A stretch of 64,000 nucleotides of DNA from Rhodospirillaceae bacterium. Lineage in GTDB: Bacteria; Pseudomonadota; Alphaproteobacteria; Kiloniellales; DSM-21159. Positions 58,980-64,000 of this stretch are shown piece by piece. Both the position numbers and the translations under genes were made by a program. The notes under the pieces were generated by a model that was not told the DNA's origin, ran no database searches, and saw nothing but the letters and a program-made list of their open reading frames with translations. Positions within the stretch are counted from its first letter, which is position 1; every line of letters starts with the position of its first letter. The DNA is taken from positions 2,956 through 66,955 of the forward strand of contig JAJUFM010000002.1 in NCBI GenBank assembly GCA_029265995.1, given 5' to 3'.

Positions 58980-59555
58980 ATGCTTCTGTTGATCGACAAC
59001 TACGACAGCTTCACATGGAATCTCTACCACTATCTCAGCGAGTTGGGGGCAGAGGTCGAGGTCCATCGTAACGACTCCCTGACCGTGGAGGAGGCGCTGG
59101 CCCGCAAGCCGCGGGCCATCGTGCTATCTCCCGGCCCCTGTGATCCGGATAAGGCCGGAATTTGCCTTCCGCTGATCGAGCAGGCGGCAGGGGTTATTCC
59201 CCTGCTGGGTGTCTGTCTGGGTCATCAATCGATTGGCCAGGCGTTCGGCGGCCGCATAGAGCGCGCACCGCAGCCTCTGCACGGGAAGCTCAGTACCATC
59301 TCCCACGACGGGAAGGGAATTTTTGACGGCATCCCTTCTCCGATGACCGTCACCCGCTATCACTCGCTTACGGTTGCGCGCAGCGACCTTCCAGCCAGTC
59401 TTGAGGTGACGGCCGAAAGTGAAGATGGGCTGATCATGGGCCTGCGTCACCGCCATCTGCCGATAGAGGGGGTGCAGTTCCACCCGGAGTCCATAGCTTC
59501 GGAGCATGGCCACCAGCTGTTGCGCAATTTTCTCGCAACGGCGGGTCGAGCCTGA
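58980..59555 (+). CDS. trpG: Anthranilate synthase component II / aminodeoxychorismate synthase glutaminase
   Basis: Internal ATG 58980 gives the canonical [16 protein letters not shown]-terminus. GVCLGHQ and GVQFHPES motifs are present. The protein is 191 aa. Confidence 0.92.
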   Translation: MLLLIDNYDSFTWNLYHYLSELGAEVEVHRNDSLTVEEALARKPRAIVLSPGPCDPDKAGICLPLIEQAAGVIPLLGVCLGHQSIGQAFGGRIERAPQPLHGKLSTISHDGKGIFDGIPSPMTVTRYHSLTVARSDLPASLEVTAESEDGLIMGLRHRHLPIEGVQFHPESIASEHGHQLLRNFLATAGRA

Positions 59556-59574
59556 GAGTGCACGAGGAAATTTG

Positions 59575-60612
59575 ATGCCGGACGACATGCCTGATCTAAA
59601 AGCGCTGCTCGCAATCGTAGCTCGCGGCGAACCGCTCAGCGAACAGCAATCTCGCCGCGCCTTCGACATCATGATGGCCGGCGATGCTACCCCTTCGCAG
59701 ATGGGGGGCTTCTTGATGGCGCTTCGGGTACGCGGCGAAACGGTGCCAGAGATAACCGGAGCGGTGCGGGCCATGCGCGGGCGGATGATGGCGATCGAAG
59801 CACCACCGGGAGCCATCGATACCTGCGGCACAGGCGGTGATGCCAAGGGAAGCTTCAATATTTCCTCAGCCGCCACTTTCGTGATCGCCGCCTGCGGGCT
59901 CCCGGTCGCCAAGCACGGCAATCGAGCACTTTCCTCCAAGAGCGGCGCCGCCGATGTGCTTACGGCGCTTGGCGTGAACGTGGATGCCGATCTCTCTTTG
60001 GTTCGGAAAGCGCTGTGGGAGGTAGGAACCTGCTTCCTCATGGCGCCGCGACACCACAGCGCGATGCGTCACGTCGGCCCTACCCGCGTGGAGTTGGGAA
60101 CGAGAACAATATTCAATATGTTAGGGCCCTTATCCAGTCCGGCGAATGTAAAACATCAGCTAATTGGGGTCTATGACCGCAAGTGGCTCGAGCCGCTCGC
60201 CGAGGTGTTGAGAGAACTGGGTCACGAGCGGGCGTGGATCGTCCATGGTGAACATGGCCATGATGAACTTACGACCTCCGGAACCACTTTTGTCGCAGAA
60301 CTTAAGGATGGTCAGGTTCGCAGCTTCACGGTGACACCCGAGCAGGCCGGTCTGCCGCGCTGCACCCCAGATGATCTCGCGGGCGGCAACGGAGAGGAGA
60401 ACGCCCGTCGAATGCGCGCCTTGCTCGCGGGTGAAAAGGGGCCACTGCGCGACACGATTCTGCTGACAACCGCGGCCGCTTTGGTCATCGGCAACAAAGC
60501 GGAGGATCTGCCAGACGGCGTCGATCAGGCTGCTAAGGCAATCGATGAAGGACGGGCAATGGCGGTGCTGGAGAAGCTCATCGCCATCACCAATGAAGAG
60601 GTAGAGGCGTGA
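59575..60612 (+). CDS. trpD: Anthranilate phosphoribosyltransferase
   Basis: ATG 59575 has GAGGAA upstream and gives 345 aa. [16 protein letters not shown] and KHGNRA motifs are present. Confidence 0.93.
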   Translation: MPDDMPDLKALLAIVARGEPLSEQQSRRAFDIMMAGDATPSQMGGFLMALRVRGETVPEITGAVRAMRGRMMAIEAPPGAIDTCGTGGDAKGSFNISSAATFVIAACGLPVAKHGNRALSSKSGAADVLTALGVNVDADLSLVRKALWEVGTCFLMAPRHHSAMRHVGPTRVELGTRTIFNMLGPLSSPANVKHQLIGVYDRKWLEPLAEVLRELGHERAWIVHGEHGHDELTTSGTTFVAELKDGQVRSFTVTPEQAGLPRCTPDDLAGGNGEENARRMRALLAGEKGPLRDTILLTTAAALVIGNKAEDLPDGVDQAAKAIDEGRAMAVLEKLIAITNEEVEA

Positions 60613-61415
60613 CCGACGTTCTCACGAGGATCTGCGCGCAGAAACGCGAACATGTGGCTGCTCGCAAGGCAAAACGCCCGCTAGTCGAAGTAGAGCGGGC
60701 CGCGCAGGAGGCTGATGCGCCCCGAGGCTTTCTGAACGCGTTGCGGCGTCGCGCCCTAGAGCAGGGCTATGGCCTTATCTGCGAGATCAAGAAAGCTTCA
60801 CCTTCCAAGGGATTGATTCGGGAAGACTTTGACCCTCCGGCACTGGCTCGCGCCTATGCAGAGGGCGGTGCCGCCTGCTTGTCGATCCTGACGGATGAAC
60901 CCTGGTTCCAAGGGCACGACGACTATCTGGTTGCAGCGCGTGCCGCCGTCACCCTTCCCGTTTTGCGCAAGGACTTCATGCTCGAACCCTACCAGATCCT
61001 TGAGTCACGTGCGCTTGGCGCCGACTGCGTGCTCCTGATCCTGGCCGCTCTCGAAGATGCTCAGGCGGCAGAACTGGAAGCCGTCGCTCTCGATCTTGGG
61101 ATGGATGTTCTCGTCGAAGTCCATGACGACGAAGAGATGGAGCGCGCCTTGGCGCTCAAGTCCCCCCTCATCGGCATAAATAATAGGAATCTGAAAACCC
61201 TGGAGGTTGATCTCGCCACCACCGAAAGGCTTGCCTCGCAGGTGGATGCAGGGCGATTCCTGGTGGGAGAAAGTGGTATCTATGAGCCCGCGCATATCGA
61301 ACGCCTTTATCAGGCAGGCGCACGCGCTTTCCTCGTGGGCGAGTCTTTGATGCGTCAGCCTGATGTGACGGCCGCCGCGCAGCGTCTAGCCACTGTCGCT
61401 CAGCTTGTGCCATGA
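60609..61415 (+). CDS. trpC: Indole-3-glycerol phosphate synthase
   Basis: 268 aa. A GTGA overlap joins it to trp[12 protein letters not shown] and INNRNL motifs are present. Confidence 0.93.
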   Translation: MTDVLTRICAQKREHVAARKAKRPLVEVERAAQEADAPRGFLNALRRRALEQGYGLICEIKKASPSKGLIREDFDPPALARAYAEGGAACLSILTDEPWFQGHDDYLVAARAAVTLPVLRKDFMLEPYQILESRALGADCVLLILAALEDAQAAELEAVALDLGMDVLVEVHDDEEMERALALKSPLIGINNRNLKTLEVDLATTERLASQVDAGRFLVGESGIYEPAHIERLYQAGARAFLVGESLMRQPDVTAAAQRLATVAQLVP

Positions 61416-61888
61416 GCGACTTCACTCATTTCGATGCCGAGGGTCGCGCGGTCATGGTGGACGTCTCCGACAAGGAGGAGACAGAGCGCGTCGCTATCGC
61501 CAAGGGCGATGTCGTCATGCAGCCTGAGACCCTGGCACGGATCCAGGAGAGAGGCGTCAAGAAGGGGGACGTGCTTTCCGTCGCGCGGCTGGCCGGCATC
61601 ATGGGTGCCAAACGCACAGCTGATCTGATTCCCCTCTGCCATCCTCTGGCGCTGACGAAGGTGACCGTCGATCTCGCGATCGTCGCGGAGCGCTGCGCAG
61701 TTGAGATCACCGCAACCTGCAAGCTCAAGGGGCAAACCGGTGTCGAGATGGAAGCGCTGACGGCGGTATCGGTAGCTGGCCTCACGGTGTACGACATGTG
61801 CAAGGCCGTGGATCGCGGGATGCGTATTGAGAACGTGCGACTGGTGCACAAGTCTGGCGGTAAATCCGGACTCTATGAGGCGCCCTGA
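61412..61888 (+). CDS. moaC: Cyclic pyranopterin monophosphate synthase
   Basis: 158 aa. An ATGA overlap joins it to trpC. LIPLCHPL and GVEMEALTA motifs are present. Confidence 0.93.
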   Translation: MSDFTHFDAEGRAVMVDVSDKEETERVAIAKGDVVMQPETLARIQERGVKKGDVLSVARLAGIMGAKRTADLIPLCHPLALTKVTVDLAIVAERCAVEITATCKLKGQTGVEMEALTAVSVAGLTVYDMCKAVDRGMRIENVRLVHKSGGKSGLYEAP

Positions 61889-63102
61889 TGATTTCGGTTG
61901 AAGAGGCGCTCTCCCGAATTCTCTCGGTCTTCCGGCCGCTGCCCTCAGAAGTGGTTTCGCTGGAGCGCGCACTGGGGCGCGTGCTGGCGGAGGACGTGGT
62001 TGCGCGCCTCACCCAGCCTCCTGCGGCAGTGTCCGCAATGGATGGCTACGCCGTCCGCGCGACGGACGTAGCGCAGGTGCCGGTACGCTTGCGCGTGGTA
62101 GGTGAAGCGCCAGCCGGCGGCGCCTACGACGCCCCACTCCAAACCGGAGAGGCCGTGCGCATCTTCACCGGCGGGCCTCTGCCCGAGGGCGCGGATGCCA
62201 TTGTGATTCAAGAGGATACGGAAAGCGGCTCTGATGGCGAAGGTCGCTGGGTAGAGATTCGGGAAGGGGCACCAGCGGGCCACTATGTTCGACCGGCCGG
62301 ACTGGATTTTGCCCGCGGCGATCTGGGTCTTCCGGCAGGGCGGACACTGCGCGCGCGCGACCTCGGCCTTGCGGCGGCAATGAACCATCCCTGGCTGACC
62401 GTGCGACGGCGGCCCCGGGTGGCAATTCTGGCAACCGGGGATGAAGTGGTGATGCCGGGCGAACCGCTCCAACCCAACCAGATCGTGAGTTCCAACGGGA
62501 TAGCGCTTCAGGCTGTCGTGAAGGCTTGCGGCGGCGAGCCGATCAACCTCGGCATCGCCCGGGACAATCGCGAGTCGCTACTACGCCTCGCGGCCGGCGC
62601 AGCAGGCGCAGATATCGTGGTGACGACGGGTGGCGCCTCCGTAGGCGATCATGACCTCGTTCGCTCTGTTCTGGGAGAGGAAGGGCTGGACCTCGATTTC
62701 TGGAAGATCGCCATGCGCCCTGGCAAGCCACTGCTCTTTGGCAAGCTCCATGGAACGCCTCTCTTGGGGCTGCCGGGAAACCCAGTTTCCTCGCTGGTTT
62801 GCGCGCTGATTTTCCTCCGCCCAGTTCTGGCACAACTGCTGGGCCAGGATCCATCGGACAAACCTTTCCACGCCCGGCTGGCAAAGGCTTTACCCGAGAA
62901 CGACCGGCGGCAGGACTATCTACGCGCCCGACTATATCAGGACGAAGCCGGCAACCTGACGGCAGAGCCCTTCGCGCGCCAGGACAGCTCCATGCTGGCC
63001 ACGCTTGCAATGGCAGACGCCCTCATCATCCGGCCGCCCCACGCGCCGGCGGCCGCTGCGGGGGATACGGTCCAGGTCGTTCCACTTGGCGATCTGCTGT
63101 AG
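61888..63102 (+). CDS. moeA: Molybdopterin molybdotransferase
   Basis: 404 aa. A TGATG junction joins it to moaC. SAMDGYAV, TGGASVGDHD and GLPGNPVS motifs are present. Confidence 0.9.
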   Translation: MISVEEALSRILSVFRPLPSEVVSLERALGRVLAEDVVARLTQPPAAVSAMDGYAVRATDVAQVPVRLRVVGEAPAGGAYDAPLQTGEAVRIFTGGPLPEGADAIVIQEDTESGSDGEGRWVEIREGAPAGHYVRPAGLDFARGDLGLPAGRTLRARDLGLAAAMNHPWLTVRRRPRVAILATGDEVVMPGEPLQPNQIVSSNGIALQAVVKACGGEPINLGIARDNRESLLRLAAGAAGADIVVTTGGASVGDHDLVRSVLGEEGLDLDFWKIAMRPGKPLLFGKLHGTPLLGLPGNPVSSLVCALIFLRPVLAQLLGQDPSDKPFHARLAKALPENDRRQDYLRARLYQDEAGNLTAEPFARQDSSMLATLAMADALIIRPPHAPAAAAGDTVQVVPLGDLL

Positions 63103-63318
63103 CAATCTCGATAATGATCAGCGCGGCGTCTGCTGAAGCGACACTGGCAGTGCAGCGTTGCGGTGATGAAAATGCCCGCGACGGGGGGGGTTCGCTCGCT
63201 AGGTTCTCGTTCGTTCTTGTTCCGCGTAGTTCAGATTGGACGCGAACCGGTCTAGGCTGGCAGAACTTTATGCTGCGTCAGAGGCCACAACAAACCTAAC
63301 AGACGAGGGAACTTTGCC

Positions 63319-64000
63319 ATGGAGATGGTTGGCGAACAGCGCATTCCGGCTCCGCGTTCGGTAGTTTGGGAAGCTCTCAACGATCCCGAAGTGCTGAAGG
63401 CGAGCATTCCGGGGTGTGAAAGCCTGGAACGAAACGAAAGCGGCGATGGCTTCGACGCTAAGGTCCGAGCGAAGGTAGGACCTGTGAATGCGCGCTTCGG
63501 CGGGACGGTCGTTCTCTCGGATATCGTGCCCCCGGAAAGCTACACCATCTCCGGGGAAGGCAAAGGCGGCTCCGCCGGCTTTGCCAAAGGCAGCGCAAAG
63601 GTTCAGCTGACGGAAGAAGGAAGCGATACGCTCCTCAGCTACACGGTGGACGCACGAGTCGGCGGGAAGCTCGCCCAGCTTGGATCGCGATTGATCGACG
63701 GTACCGCGCGCAAGATGGCCGATGACTTCTTCACCCGCTTTTCCGACATCGTGAAAGAGCGGACCGCCGATGACGGCGCCATGCCAGATGCCGCGGGCAG
63801 CGGTATGGAGCCGCCTCCCCCGGTCTCCCCAGCGCCAACGGTCCCCGGCCCAACGGACACGGAGCTTCACCCCGCTGCCGACGCTGCAGCAGTAGAAGCG
63901 GCTGCCATGGGTGGTACAGCCACCGCCCCGGTCCCGGATGCCACGGCCGAAGCAGCTGCACAGGTTGCGCCTCAACCGACGGGACCGCGACCGAGCGCGC
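63319..64000 (+). CDS. coxG: CoxG-like SRPBCC protein with Pro/Ala-rich C-terminal extension (3' end outside window)
   Basis: This ORF is not in the ORF track because no stop is reached. I translated it by hand from ATG 63319: MEMVGEQRIPAPRSVVWEALNDPEVLKASIPGCESLE... The low-complexity tail is still open at position 64000. Confidence 0.8.
   Translation, partial: MEMVGEQRIPAPRSVVWEALNDPEVLKASIPGCESLERNESGDGFDAKVRAKVGPVNARFGGTVVLSDIVPPESYTISGEGKGGSAGFAKGSAKVQLTEEGSDTLLSYTVDARVGGKLAQLGSRLIDGTARKMADDFFTRFSDIVKERTADDGAMPDAAGSGMEPPPPVSPAPTVPGPTDTELHPAADAAAVEAAAMGGTATAPVPDATAEAAAQVAPQPTGPRPSA

Noticed and set aside
58876-58992. 38-codon uORF as a Trp leader peptide for trpG.
   Set aside because: It has no RBS. 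It has only one Trp codon, located after the hairpin rather than before it. It also overlaps the trpG start out of frame.
63203-63232. Canonical alphaproteobacterial LexA (SOS) box.
   Set aside because: The spacing between GTTC half-sites is N6 (10-bp register), not the N7 of the established motif. I kept it only as an unexplained repeat array.
63223-63250. CGCGTAGTTCAGATTGGACGCG looks like a tRNA D-arm, possibly a tRNA fragment or att site.
   Set aside because: The loop is too long at 14 nt. No anticodon or T arm can be folded downstream. No integrase or duplicated partner is present.
63268-63975. 235-aa minus-strand ORF at the window end.
   Set aside because: It is antisense to the hand-translated CoxG-like ORF, whose N-terminal domain is clearly recognisable. 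The minus-frame product has no motifs.

Overview
This is a GC-rich 64-kb chromosomal segment (GC not computed). By inference it comes from a salt-adapted alphaproteobacterium, possibly Rhodospirillales-like. The supporting synteny is rsmI-yraN, tpiA-secG-pyrG-kdsA, ppiD-trpE and trpGDC-moaC-moeA. I call about 65 protein genes and one tRNA-Leu(UAA). I found no rRNA, CRISPR array, transposase, integrase, prophage or recognisable defence genes. All family assignments come from reading motifs in the supplied translations; no database search was run.

Main content, in order:
- Envelope and nitrogen housekeeping genes: an LpoA-like lipoprotein, a YhdP/AsmA-like giant protein, glnE and bcp.
- A complete ectoine/hydroxyectoine locus, ectR | ectABCD-ask.
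- An M24 peptidase / gamma-glutamyltransferase-like pair with a divergent NIPSNAP/ArsR pair.
- Several uptake systems: a polar amino acid ABC transporter, a sulfonate/NitT-type ABC transporter and a TRAP transporter.
- mlaA-mlaC, nadK, and a LysR/DUF1127 divergent pair.
- argE-like and AbrB-like genes, a CDF transporter and OsmC.
- The trp/moa cluster.

The most system-like, poorly understood locus is an amidoligase / C26 amidohydrolase / TVP38 membrane-protein module. It is translationally coupled behind trpE and separates trpE from trpGDC.

Secondary observations:
- An orphan promoter plus intrinsic terminator (candidate sRNA or leader) sits in a 664-bp gap upstream of the sulfonate transporter.
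- A terminator-like hairpin lies directly in front of trpG.
- Strong palindromic operators lie at the ArsR and ect promoters.
- Two decayed gene remnants are present.

Overall this looks like core chromosome. I do not see compelling evidence for a defence or mobile system.
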